64,000 nt of DNA from a plasmid. Both the position numbers and the translations under genes were made by a program. The stretch lies in the sequence record NZ_CP033968.1; one strand, written 5' to 3'. The number at the start of each line of letters is the position of its first letter. The stretch's first letter is position 1. Below, one piece after another: positions 27,021 through 36,759 of the stretch. The notes beneath the pieces are model-generated. The model was not told the DNA's origin. It searched no databases and saw only the letters and a program-made list of their open reading frames with translations.

Positions 27021-27694
27021 AGATGACCACCATTCAGGAAGATGTCCCACAGAAACTTCTCGCGTTCGAGGTCCACGACGGTGACGATGGCTGGGCGATT
27101 CGCTTTGCGAGCACCAATGTCGTTGCTCGGCGGGAAGGCGCCGCAGAAATGGGTACGGACTTCGAGTCGGTCGAGCACTGCAAGCGCTCACCGAAGTTCG
27201 ACCAGTACGCTCCGGGCCCGGTGCCGGCTTCTGCCCTGATCGAGAACGGCTGGACCATCCAATGCAGCCACTGCGAGCGCGAGGTGGGCCAGCACATGTT
27301 CGACGCACTGGCAGACGAGGACCTCGATCCCGACGACTTCGAGATTGTCACGGAGGGGCAACGAGCCTTCTGCTCGCGAACGTGTCAGGCGGAGCACCGC
27401 GCGTGGTTCCGCGGCCGTGCCGCCGCAGAATCAGCACTGATCGAGCTCGTACTAGCGAAGTACCCGCAGGCGACGATCAAGCGGGTCCATATCTGCGGTT
27501 CCACGCTGGAACCCACCGAGCCTGGCGGTGGAATGCGATGTCTTGCGGAGTTTCTCTTCCCCGGCGCGAAGTACGGCGGCGCAACCTTCGTGTTTGGCGA
27601 CAAGAGCGTCTATGTCGCTCGCGGTGATGTCGACGCTTTCAATGCCCTCTATGGCAAATCCACGAAGACACAGGGCGAGGAGGTATCAGCATGA
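27017..27694 (+). CDS. hypothetical Cys-containing protein (225 aa)
   Basis: GGAGG lies upstream. The start overlaps the upstream stop, and the protein carries CxxC...C pairs. Confidence 0.6.
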   Translation: MKMTTIQEDVPQKLLAFEVHDGDDGWAIRFASTNVVARREGAAEMGTDFESVEHCKRSPKFDQYAPGPVPASALIENGWTIQCSHCEREVGQHMFDALADEDLDPDDFEIVTEGQRAFCSRTCQAEHRAWFRGRAAAESALIELVLAKYPQATIKRVHICGSTLEPTEPGGGMRCLAEFLFPGAKYGGATFVFGDKSVYVARGDVDAFNALYGKSTKTQGEEVSA

Positions 27695-29106
27695 CCCGAG
27701 CACCAGTAGTCGTCGGCTCGTCCGCCGCGATAGCGGCCATTGCGTACGCCGTCAAAGCCGACGAAGGCCTTACGTTCTTGCGCTGCTGGCAGCACGGCGA
27801 CTTCGACGAAATTCGGGCCGATTGGCCTGATGCCCCTGAAGCGGTGTTCATCGGCGCCGAGGCGTTCTCGCCGGCGACTGCTGGCCGGAGCGATTTGGCC
27901 CAGGAGCGATCGGCGTTTGCGGAGCAAGTCATCGCGATTCTGGAGGGTAGCGCATCTGCCTGGGACGAAATGCTGGCCGGCGAACCTGACGAGGTTGTCC
28001 GGGATCGGATGCGTGCGCGATCGAATGAGAACCGGGGGAACATCGAGCGCATCCGGATGCTGCTGTCGGAGCCGGGTACTCCGGCGCCGCATAGCAATTG
28101 TCCGATACCGGTAGATGCCACGGAAGCCAAAGAGCGCGAGCAGGTGGGATGCGCGCACTACGGGACGGGGGTGTATGCCGCGGGGCTGGCCCGTGCGGCG
28201 GACATCGCGGAAAGCACCTGCTCTCAAAGCCGCAACCATCTTTTCCGAAGCGCCGCAAAGATCATCGCCGGGAAGATCCGTGCAGAGTCGCCAGAGCCGG
28301 CGCCACGCGCAGGGGACGCCATGCTGCAGGCCTTCAATGCATCGGGCCTCAAGCCGTCGGCGGGGAATCGCAGGGCCTTCCGTGCCGGGTTTGTCGCCGC
28401 CGCTCCACCACCAGTCGTTTGGGATGGGCAACCGGCCGAGACTATTCTCTACTGGGCAGAGGCGTACTCCGGAAACGGGTTTGGTGGCGGGCACGGCATG
28501 GTCGTCAAGCTCCTGAACGAGTATGCGGATCTATGCGAGCTTGTTGCCGCGTTCGGTGCCTCGATTCGCCTTGCGCCATTCCAATGGCGTGTTCAGCCCT
28601 GGATGCTCGAGTGCTTCGGCGCGAAGATCGCCGCGGATCGCGCAGAGCGCAACCATCGCTTCTATGAAGAGGCAACCGAGCTCGTACAAGCCAACGGCAT
28701 GACATGCAGCGAAGCCCATCAGCTGGTCGACTACACGTTCGGCCGCCCGCCCGGTGAACTGAAACAGGAGATCGGGGGTGTGATGGTGACTCTCGCTGCT
28801 CTGTGCCTCGCAAGCGGCGCGGACATGCACCTGGCAGGCGAAACTGAACTGGCCAGGATCTGGACCATCGTCGAGAAGATTCGCGCGAAGCAGGCTGCAA
28901 AGCCGAAGCACTCGCCGCTTCCAGAGTACGTCCCAGCCGCGGTCTCGATGGATCGCTCCCTAAGCGATCGCATTTCACAGATCGCAATGGAAGCCGACGC
29001 AGCAGCGAACCTCGGTGGCAACCACCACCTAGCAACCACGCTAGGTGATATCAGTGAGCGGCTTCTGATGCTTGTCCATGCGTTGGAAGTACCAGCCAAA
29101 CAGTAA
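27691..29106 (+). CDS. protein with a C-terminal MazG-like nucleotide pyrophosphohydrolase domain
   Basis: FYEEATELV...EIGGVMVTLAALC is the EExxE-type MazG signature. GAGGAGG lies upstream, and the start overlaps the upstream stop. Confidence 0.6.
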   Translation: MTRAPVVVGSSAAIAAIAYAVKADEGLTFLRCWQHGDFDEIRADWPDAPEAVFIGAEAFSPATAGRSDLAQERSAFAEQVIAILEGSASAWDEMLAGEPDEVVRDRMRARSNENRGNIERIRMLLSEPGTPAPHSNCPIPVDATEAKEREQVGCAHYGTGVYAAGLARAADIAESTCSQSRNHLFRSAAKIIAGKIRAESPEPAPRAGDAMLQAFNASGLKPSAGNRRAFRAGFVAAAPPPVVWDGQPAETILYWAEAYSGNGFGGGHGMVVKLLNEYADLCELVAAFGASIRLAPFQWRVQPWMLECFGAKIAADRAERNHRFYEEATELVQANGMTCSEAHQLVDYTFGRPPGELKQEIGGVMVTLAALCLASGADMHLAGETELARIWTIVEKIRAKQAAKPKHSPLPEYVPAAVSMDRSLSDRISQIAMEADAAANLGGNHHLATTLGDISERLLMLVHALEVPAKQ

Positions 29107-29175
29107 GCAGCTCCGGGTCAGCATCAACGTGAAGGCGGATCTGGCCCCCACCCACTGCAGGAACCACAGATTGAC

Positions 29176-31929
29176 ATGACTGAGACCAGAGACACGCAGG
29201 AGGCGCAGCGAGCTATCGATGCCCGCATCGAACGGATGCGGGCCGATTTCGTGCGGCACTATAAGGCAAAAGGCTGGCCGAACTCCTACTTCGTCCCGCA
29301 CAGCGGTGGGTCGATCGATTTCGGCCGGGCGGAAACGCAGGCCAAATGGGAGGGCTGGCGGGATCACGAGATCTTCGAGTGCTCGGCCTCGCCACATCCT
29401 GGCAAGCGCGTGCTGGCGACGTTGACTGAGCTAGTGGGCGCGTTGGACAAAGCCAATATCACCGTCTCCCAGGAAGTTCGCACAGTGATAGCGGAAGCCA
29501 GCGCTGCCGCGGCACCTGGCTGGGTGCTGAGCGAAGAAGAGGTCAAAGCGATTGGGCTTTCGCACGGGCTGATCGTGCGTGAGGAAGGGCGCTTATTCGT
29601 TGCGGCGTTGGACTTTCCCGGAATGATGGAGGCTATCCGTTCCCTGGTTGCTACGCGGATCTGTGAATCGGATGGGCAAGCAACTTACGAGACCAGGAAG
29701 GCGGCAATCGTTCGTGCGCTCCTCACGGAACAGTTGCTTACCCTCCAACAGCACTTGGCTCACATTCCGCACAAGGATGACGGCATCAGGCGCATCAGTC
29801 AGAAGGCGGTTCAGGAGATGATCGAGACAGAGATCGAACATGTTGCGCAGCTCCCTGACTTCAAGCTGATCCCGTATCACGAGAACGCGCCCGTCGCGCC
29901 AGCGCCGACTGAGGCCGAGATTGCGCAGGCATGGGCAACATACAGCCAGCAGCAACGGATCGGCAAGCCGACGGTCGCCGCATTCGTGCTGGACATGCTG
30001 AGGAAGTACCCCGCGCCAGTGCAGACCGAATGCCAGTGCCGCCGTTTGGGTGGATGGGATGGCGAGCATCATCCGTTGTGCGATGCCGCCCCGGCACCCG
30101 TCGCACCGGCGAGCGATCCTGCGGCGAATAGCCAGTGTACGCATGGGTATGGCTATTTGTGCGGCAGATGCACTTCTGGCGCCGCCACGGCACCCGCTGC
30201 GAAGGCGGATGGCGAGACGATCTACAAGAAGGTCGTTGAGGCTATCAGGCTTGCGGACAACGTGGGCCGGTCACGTGGATCGAACAATTACGCACTGAAC
30301 CGTCGCGCAGTCGAAAAGCTCGTTGACCTGAAAATGGAGATTGCCGCCATGCTGCAGGCCCACCGGCACCAGAGCGGCGAGGCGGGGGAACACGCTGGCG
30401 ACACCTATCTATGCAAAGCGTGGGGCGAAACCGATCTACCTGCGGCGGCTATCGTCGTCGGCATGGCTGGCGTGCGCGCTTTCCTGATCTCGGAATGGAT
30501 CGGGTCTACGGACGCCGCTCAGGACGACGGCACGAATTCGCTGGAGGACGCCCTGCAAGACATGCAAGAGCAATGGGCGCGGGAAGGTGAAGCGTGGGAA
30601 TGGGCGCTGAGGTTCGAGATTGGCGGCGTTAGCGTGCAGAAGGTCGGATGCGCAGCCCCGGCACCCACTGCGCTGGCGGATCTCAGGGCGGTGTTGGTTG
30701 GCGCCATTGTCGAGCATACAGATTCGTCGGAAAGCTGGGCGGAAGGCATTGTTCAGCAGGCGATGCTGGCCGGGCCTTTCGGAGCGCCCGCGGCACGTTT
30801 GCCGAGCGGCGCGCCTACGGCGCAGGCGGGAGAACTCGGGCTCAAACGCACCTTCAAACGGTACGACGCGGACGGGAAGGAAGATCCGCACGGGGTGTTT
30901 GTGTACTTTCTCGACATGCTCGAAGCAGTCAGCATCGCAACGGCACTTCCCGGAGAACCAGATGTCGCGCTCCTGGCCAGCATGGCAACTTGTCTGAACC
31001 ACGGCTTTGGAATACTCCCAGCAGAAGCGCAGCGCAATATGCTTTATGACATGCGCAAGCTCTACAACGAGGTGGCGGGCCAAGGCTACTATCGCCCTGA
31101 AAGCCGGCAGACTTATACCCGTTGGCTATCCATGGAGATCGACGGCGGAGAGCGCGCGTCGGGCGGAATGGCGGACCTATTCGCATCGCAAGCCATTGCG
31201 CCGGAGCCGATCTACCAACTGCGTAGGGCAGACGGCTCATGGATTGACCAGGCCGAGCAGAGCTACCGAAACAACATTCAGTACGCAGCCAACATAGTGC
31301 GAATTGTCTATGAGGCCCCCGCAAGCGTCCAGCGCGTGGGTGGCCTCGCTAGTCATCCAGTCGTAGTCAAGCTGATCGAAGTTGCCCGATGTGCGTACCT
31401 CGCAATGGACGACTCGGAAGAGCAAGTGGTCGCACAACGGCGTTGTCACGTTGTGGATGCCGGGTCTTTCGATTCTCTGTCCAATGCGCTTGATGCTCTT
31501 GACGAACTGCCAGACGACCAACCCGGCCACGCCATGGGCCCCGCTCAAAAAGCAGAGTGGGCGCTGCGCGGGTCGGCGACAGGTGTTCATCAACCCAGCG
31601 CTGCGCCGCCGCCGGCGCCCGATCTGGAGGCGCCTGCTTCAGGCGCTGCGCCAGTTGAGCTCAAGGTGACGCCGGCCATGCGCGGCTGGCTTGAGCACAT
31701 CGGGCGTGGAGGCGAGATCCGGCGCTCTGCCCAGTTTTTCACGGGCCCATACTCGACTCCTGGTCGCGGCGGCTTGACCTATGTGATGGTCGGAAAGCTC
31801 GAGGATGCGGGTCTGATCGAATGGGAGCAGGACGAGCCATTGGGGACTATTCAGCACGTTCGTGCTCGCCTGACCGATGCGGGTCGCGCCGCCATTGAAA
31901 CGAAGAATGCGCGGGGTCGAAATGGCTGA
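29176..31929 (+). CDS. large hypothetical protein (917 aa)
   Basis: A long clean ORF with high GC3, internal Cys clusters and no recognised motif. Confidence 0.7.
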   Translation: MTETRDTQEAQRAIDARIERMRADFVRHYKAKGWPNSYFVPHSGGSIDFGRAETQAKWEGWRDHEIFECSASPHPGKRVLATLTELVGALDKANITVSQEVRTVIAEASAAAAPGWVLSEEEVKAIGLSHGLIVREEGRLFVAALDFPGMMEAIRSLVATRICESDGQATYETRKAAIVRALLTEQLLTLQQHLAHIPHKDDGIRRISQKAVQEMIETEIEHVAQLPDFKLIPYHENAPVAPAPTEAEIAQAWATYSQQQRIGKPTVAAFVLDMLRKYPAPVQTECQCRRLGGWDGEHHPLCDAAPAPVAPASDPAANSQCTHGYGYLCGRCTSGAATAPAAKADGETIYKKVVEAIRLADNVGRSRGSNNYALNRRAVEKLVDLKMEIAAMLQAHRHQSGEAGEHAGDTYLCKAWGETDLPAAAIVVGMAGVRAFLISEWIGSTDAAQDDGTNSLEDALQDMQEQWAREGEAWEWALRFEIGGVSVQKVGCAAPAPTALADLRAVLVGAIVEHTDSSESWAEGIVQQAMLAGPFGAPAARLPSGAPTAQAGELGLKRTFKRYDADGKEDPHGVFVYFLDMLEAVSIATALPGEPDVALLASMATCLNHGFGILPAEAQRNMLYDMRKLYNEVAGQGYYRPESRQTYTRWLSMEIDGGERASGGMADLFASQAIAPEPIYQLRRADGSWIDQAEQSYRNNIQYAANIVRIVYEAPASVQRVGGLASHPVVVKLIEVARCAYLAMDDSEEQVVAQRRCHVVDAGSFDSLSNALDALDELPDDQPGHAMGPAQKAEWALRGSATGVHQPSAAPPPAPDLEAPASGAAPVELKVTPAMRGWLEHIGRGGEIRRSAQFFTGPYSTPGRGGLTYVMVGKLEDAGLIEWEQDEPLGTIQHVRARLTDAGRAAIETKNARGRNG

Positions 31930-32057
31930 CAACAGAGCCGGACATGCCGTTGCAATAGGGGACTCGAACGAGAAGACGCTTCGGGAGTTGCTGCAGCTAC
32001 ACCGCAGCGCGGTGCATCAGGGGGACACCGATCTGTCCAATTCCCGCGATAGCGGAG

Positions 32058-32582
32058 ATGGAGGCTGTCTTGTCCACGTTTGAGAGCTTTGATTGCCCGG
32101 AGTGCGGAGGCAAGGAAACAGTCAAGATCATGCCGACTGCCGGCGGGCGCGGTACCGGCGAAGCCACCTCTTACGCGGCGAATTGCGCTGCGTGCAACCG
32201 CACGCTGGCGGAGGAACTGCCATCGAACTCCGATGGCAAACGGGCAACCGCCACGCGCGAGCTCAAGCGCATCCTTGCCAGGTGGCCAGAAGAAAAGGCC
32301 GGCCGGCCGCGCGTTATGAGGACGCCGCCAGTTGTGTCCATGCCGTCGGGTGCTGACGATCGCCAACGCCCCCAGGAGAGCGCAATGATCAAACTTGCGG
32401 ACAACACCTTCAAAGAACGTGACTTGCTGGAGCGCGCGATGCGCAATCTGCGGGCGATCGCGCCGCGGCGAGGCGAGATACGTTGGGTGTTGGTGCATCA
32501 GCTTTTCAGCACGGGTAGCACGGTCTCAGCAGCGATCTGCCGCGAGTTTGGTTACGACCCAGACGAGAAGGTGAAGCCATGA
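32058..32582 (+). CDS. zinc-ribbon protein (174 aa)
   Basis: FDCPECGG...CAACN is a C4 ribbon at the N-terminus. The start is uncertain, and a 53-aa ORF at 31922-32083 overlaps it. Confidence 0.5.
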   Translation: MEAVLSTFESFDCPECGGKETVKIMPTAGGRGTGEATSYAANCAACNRTLAEELPSNSDGKRATATRELKRILARWPEEKAGRPRVMRTPPVVSMPSGADDRQRPQESAMIKLADNTFKERDLLERAMRNLRAIAPRRGEIRWVLVHQLFSTGSTVSAAICREFGYDPDEKVKP

Positions 32583-33760
32583 GCAAGGGTAGCAAGATCG
32601 AGTGGACGGACCATACATTCAATGCCTGGCTCGGTTGCGAGCCTGTCAGCCCTGGCTGCGATCATTGCTACGCGGAAGTATCGACGCCAGTTCGCGTGCT
32701 GGGCGTGAAGTTTGGCACGAGGCAGCCGCGTCACCGGACATCCGCTGAGAATTGGAAGCAGCCCCTGCGCTGGGAACGAGAGCACGCGCAGTTCTATGAA
32801 GAGCACGGGCGCCGGCAGCGGGTGTTCAGCGCGAGTCTTTCAGATTGGCTAGACAATGCAGTGCCGATCGAATGGCTGGTGGATCTGCTTGACCTGGTGC
32901 GCAGGACGCCCAGTCTAGATTGGCTCCTGCTGACCAAGCGCATCGGCAACTTCAAGAAGCGGCTGGCAGAAGCCAGCGACTACGTTTGGAACAGCGGCGC
33001 CGGCGCTATCGCTGACGCGGGTTCATTGCGCGAGTGGATCGATGCATGGCGTACCGGACCCCCCCCTGAGAACGTCTTCGTCGGTGCCACCATTGTCAAT
33101 CAGGCAGAAGCGGATCGCGACATCTCGAAGTTGCTCGAGGTGCCGGCATACGTCCGGTTCCTTTCGATGGAGCCGCTACTAGCCCCAGTCGATATCAGTG
33201 ACTTCCTGACCCCGAGCTATCCGAACTGCGAAACCGGATTCGCCCAAGGCGAACGGATGGAGGTCGGGTATTGCGGCACGTGCGCCGGCCACGTCAGCGA
33301 CCCGATTCACAACCCAGCGATGCGTGACTTCGTCGACTGGGTGATCGTTGGCTGCGAGAGCGGGCCCTACGCAAGGCCAGCGCACCCGGATTGGGTAAGG
33401 AGCTTGAGGGACCAATGCGTAGCCGCCGGCGTCGCCTTCCTGTTTAAGCAGTGGGGTGAATGGTTGCCGTGGGATCATTTCAACGCTGCGCGAATCGACG
33501 ACAGTTTGGAGAGCACGCGATACGCCACGATGGAATGGAAGGGCGATCGCTGGGAAGACGTCGGACACCCCATCTGGTCTGATTCTGTCGACGGCATAAT
33601 TGATGACAGGCACTGTATGGGGCGCGTCGGGAAGAAGGCCGCGGGTCGCTTGCTCGACGGGAAACTCTACGACGGATTCCCGGTCGCAGGCGCACAACGA
33701 GTGCGACGTTCGTCGGCGCTGACCACTGGCGCGGCCGTGAGTTGCCTTGGATACGCATAA
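32579..33760 (+). CDS. phage Gp37/Gp68 family protein (PF07505/DUF5131)
   Basis: The N-terminus KIEWTDHTFNAWLGCEPVSPGCDHCYA is the family signature. The start overlaps the upstream stop (ATGA). Confidence 0.8.
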   Translation: MSKGSKIEWTDHTFNAWLGCEPVSPGCDHCYAEVSTPVRVLGVKFGTRQPRHRTSAENWKQPLRWEREHAQFYEEHGRRQRVFSASLSDWLDNAVPIEWLVDLLDLVRRTPSLDWLLLTKRIGNFKKRLAEASDYVWNSGAGAIADAGSLREWIDAWRTGPPPENVFVGATIVNQAEADRDISKLLEVPAYVRFLSMEPLLAPVDISDFLTPSYPNCETGFAQGERMEVGYCGTCAGHVSDPIHNPAMRDFVDWVIVGCESGPYARPAHPDWVRSLRDQCVAAGVAFLFKQWGEWLPWDHFNAARIDDSLESTRYATMEWKGDRWEDVGHPIWSDSVDGIIDDRHCMGRVGKKAAGRLLDGKLYDGFPVAGAQRVRRSSALTTGAAVSCLGYA

Positions 33761-33766
33761 CGCGTA

Positions 33767-33795
33767 TTGATAAACACACTGTTTGCTTGTTATAG
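33767..33795 (+). promoter_or_regulatory. candidate promoter after the AACGCGTAT motif
   Basis: TTGATA and TTATAG are separated by 17 bp. Confidence 0.35.
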
Positions 33796-34258
33796 TCAAG
33801 TCACGCGCGGTTTTTGGTGTTGCATTGGTCGCTGCCGATATGTGTGGGTTTGAAGTCGTTCAAGATCCCCGGCTTTTGGCCGTTTACCGGCATTGGGGCA
33901 TACCAGAGACTGCGAAGGACGGCCTTGGGGGCGTCGCATGGTGGGCAGGCGTGGTTGCGGAAGTCGCTGCCGTGATTCGGGCGAATAACGTGTCAGCCGC
34001 CGTCCAGGCAGTCCTGTTGTGGCACGCGGATCAGAGGTTGGCGAGACAGCGAGGGCAGCGACCTCGCGCGTTCGACGTGCCGCCCGAAACTCTCAAGGTG
34101 CGCGGTGTGTTCTGGAGGAACCTGCTCAATGGGAGCTTCCTGATGTTCATCGTAGGCTCTATTCCCTGCTGCATTGGGTTGTTCTTCATCAAGTTCGAGA
34201 ACAGCCCGAAGCGATAGCGATATCGCGGGCGGCCGGGCATTTAAGGAGGAAACTTCGG

Positions 34259-34684
34259 ATGAATCAAGTAACTGGTAGTGCGACGTCGCCAACGAAGTCG
34301 GTGTTTGATGCCTTTGGGGCGATTGGCTGTGGCCTATATGTCGGCGGCGTCGTTGCCGTCACGCTCTATTTCCTTCAGGAAGGCGGGATTCGCCTAACAG
34401 ACGGGCTTCCGGTTGCTGCAGTCGTCGCAGCGGCAGTAGCCGCTCTGTTGACGTTGGTCCGATGCGTGCTAACGGGCTTTTATGTGCCGTTGGCCTTGAT
34501 TGGCGTCTTCGTTCTCGGCTTTGGTGCTATCACGAAGATATCAGCCAACCTGCCTGATCCCACCGCCGGCGCTTTTGGCGCAGTTCAACTACGAATCGAT
34601 GGCGCAATGCCGTGGGTGTTTTTTGGTATCTGCATGATCGCCTTGGCGCTGGCGTGTTTGACGCCTCGGCAGGATCGTAACTAG
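34259..34684 (+). CDS. membrane protein (141 aa, about 4 TM)
   Basis: AAGGAGG lies upstream of the internal ATG. The track ORF from 34019 is probably too long. Confidence 0.55.
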   Translation: MNQVTGSATSPTKSVFDAFGAIGCGLYVGGVVAVTLYFLQEGGIRLTDGLPVAAVVAAAVAALLTLVRCVLTGFYVPLALIGVFVLGFGAITKISANLPDPTAGAFGAVQLRIDGAMPWVFFGICMIALALACLTPRQDRN

Positions 34685-34703
34685 AGCTCTGGGGAGGGAG
34701 GAT

Positions 34704-34985
34704 ATGGATCGCGCATACGAAATCTGGAAAGCTTACGCAATGTCGGTTGTTGCGGTGGTGTTTGCCTACCTGGACAAGACAGATGATTGGGGTTGGCCCC
34801 CCGTCTTAGCTGTGGCCCTTCCATTGCTTCCTCTTCTCGCTGTCGACTGGTTTGTGTCCCGCTGGGTCTCACTGGGTTTGTTCTTGCCCGTTGGCCTGCC
34901 CATTGGATGGTTCGTTGGTTCTCTGTTCTGCGCCTATTTTGCAAGCGAGCAGGGATCGAACCGTGAAGTGAAGCGGCAGAGGTGA
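34704..34985 (+). CDS. small membrane protein (93 aa)
   Basis: GGGAGGGAGG lies upstream. Confidence 0.55.
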   Translation: MDRAYEIWKAYAMSVVAVVFAYLDKTDDWGWPPVLAVALPLLPLLAVDWFVSRWVSLGLFLPVGLPIGWFVGSLFCAYFASEQGSNREVKRQR

Positions 34986-35019
34986 AGCGCACTGCCGACC
35001 GACCCCGTGAGGAGATGTC

Positions 35020-35616
35020 TTGACCATATGGGACTGGTTTTTCCCCGCGCGAAGGAAGCGCACGAGGGAAGGGTTGCCTTCGATCGATGTCTCCACCACG
35101 GCTGACTTCTATAAGGTCTTCACTTCACCGAACCCTGTTCTGAGTGCGGCGATCCACAACATAGCCGGCGACCAGGTTGGCACGGCCAGATACTCCATCT
35201 CGCCGCTGTCGGACCGCGTCTATGTCTTCGACATCAGAATTGCTCCACACCATCAGCGGCATGGCTATGGGACCGCAATGCTCTGCTACCTCGCAAAGGA
35301 GTATGGCCAGCCGATTACCCCCATCCACGAAGTTGAGAGCGCCAACGAGTTCTGGGGCGCCGCCCGTCGCTACAGGGGAGCCGGCCTTTCCGTAACCGAA
35401 GATATCTCGATCAGCGAGATGGCACTCGAGGCGACGCGTTGGCAGCATCTCGCGCCCATCGCAGAGTGCCTGGACAAACTGATCACTAGACGGCTGAGTG
35501 TCGATCGCGAACCCTGGCATGTTGCCGTTGGTCGCGGGTTTGGCGCGGAGGACAACGGCGACGCCGCTACTTCTGGGCCGGCGATATCGGACGATTCGAA
35601 TACTGTGAGAACATGA
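35020..35616 (+). CDS. GNAT-family N-acetyltransferase
   Basis: HQRHGYGTAMLCYLAKEYG fits the GNAT motif A. The start is a TTG with GAGGAG 6 nt upstream. Confidence 0.55.
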   Translation: MTIWDWFFPARRKRTREGLPSIDVSTTADFYKVFTSPNPVLSAAIHNIAGDQVGTARYSISPLSDRVYVFDIRIAPHHQRHGYGTAMLCYLAKEYGQPITPIHEVESANEFWGAARRYRGAGLSVTEDISISEMALEATRWQHLAPIAECLDKLITRRLSVDREPWHVAVGRGFGAEDNGDAATSGPAISDDSNTVRT

Positions 35617-35921
35617 GCAAACAAGAGAAGTTCTACGACTGGCTCTCGACTGGGGAGCCACCACCCATCAATAGGCGCGTCTACGAGGCAGCCAAGCTGC
35701 CGTTTGCATACTTGGCGCAGTTCCTGTGGTGGGTCTCTTCCCCTTGGCGCCGAGCTCTTCCACTGGCGCTCGCGGGCGTTGCTCTCCTCTGTGGCTTTTT
35801 GATCCTGATGGGGGATGAAACCATTACTTGGGGCGACTTCGGGACGGTCGCTACCGTCGCAACAGTTGTTCTGGGCGTAGTCGTCGTGATTCTCGACGTG
35901 CTGAGGGCAATATTCGAGTAA
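35613..35921 (+). CDS. small membrane protein (102 aa)
   Basis: Its start overlaps the GNAT stop. Confidence 0.5.
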   Translation: MSKQEKFYDWLSTGEPPPINRRVYEAAKLPFAYLAQFLWWVSSPWRRALPLALAGVALLCGFLILMGDETITWGDFGTVATVATVVLGVVVVILDVLRAIFE

Positions 35922-35955
35922 CGCTCCGCACTTCACTCCTATTGGGACGTTTTCA

Positions 35956-36690
35956 ATGAGCACAAGCCGGGCTACTCGCCGAGATCCTATGGCAGACGTC
36001 ATGCCACTCGAGCTTCTGGAAGTGGCGCATCTGCTGATCAGTAGAGGTCAGAATGAACTCTACTGGGAAAGAGTTCCCCTCCCGAAGCGACCGGTCGGCC
36101 AGGTCCGCTACGAAGTGGCTCGCCAGGCAGCGACCTTTGTTGTGCCATTGGTAGGTCTAACCTGCGCCGCGCAGATCTACGGGGCAACTGGCTTGCTGCT
36201 TGGGCTGCCGCTTGCATGGCTAGGCGGCTACTTCTTGGATCTGCAACTCAAGTCTGCGATTGGGAAGAAGAAGATTCGTGATGACATGATTGACGCTGGC
36301 CGCTACAAGGCGGTGGGCTGGCTGGCTGCGCAGATGGGTATGCGCCCAGACGAGATCACACTGGCGACGATCCGGAAGATGAACAAGGATTACGTCATTG
36401 TTAAGGCGCGTATGGACCTGGAGTTGGCTCGCCGCGAGGAAGCCCGCAAGGCCGCTCACGTACGGCAGTCGCCGTCCTCCGATGATGTGCATCATGATTA
36501 CACTCCGGGGGTAGTCGCTGCCGCCGGATTGGGTGCGGCAACCGCCTACACGTCAGTAGACGAAGATGACGACTACTATGATCGAGGCCAATCCTACTCG
36601 CCGGCCGTGAACCCTGCTAACGGGATGCCGATGGTTGCTGGCACCTATGTGGACGTCAACGGCAATATGTTTGGAACTGACACGTTCTGA
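35956..36690 (+). CDS. membrane protein (244 aa)
   Basis: An ORF with 2-3 TM segments. Confidence 0.55.
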   Translation: MSTSRATRRDPMADVMPLELLEVAHLLISRGQNELYWERVPLPKRPVGQVRYEVARQAATFVVPLVGLTCAAQIYGATGLLLGLPLAWLGGYFLDLQLKSAIGKKKIRDDMIDAGRYKAVGWLAAQMGMRPDEITLATIRKMNKDYVIVKARMDLELARREEARKAAHVRQSPSSDDVHHDYTPGVVAAAGLGAATAYTSVDEDDDYYDRGQSYSPAVNPANGMPMVAGTYVDVNGNMFGTDTF

Positions 36691-36759
36691 CGCCGGGATA
36701 TTTTGGACTTCGCGGAGCGCGCAGCCCGCGGAGAAGAGGGCGCCCGAACCGGAGCACGC

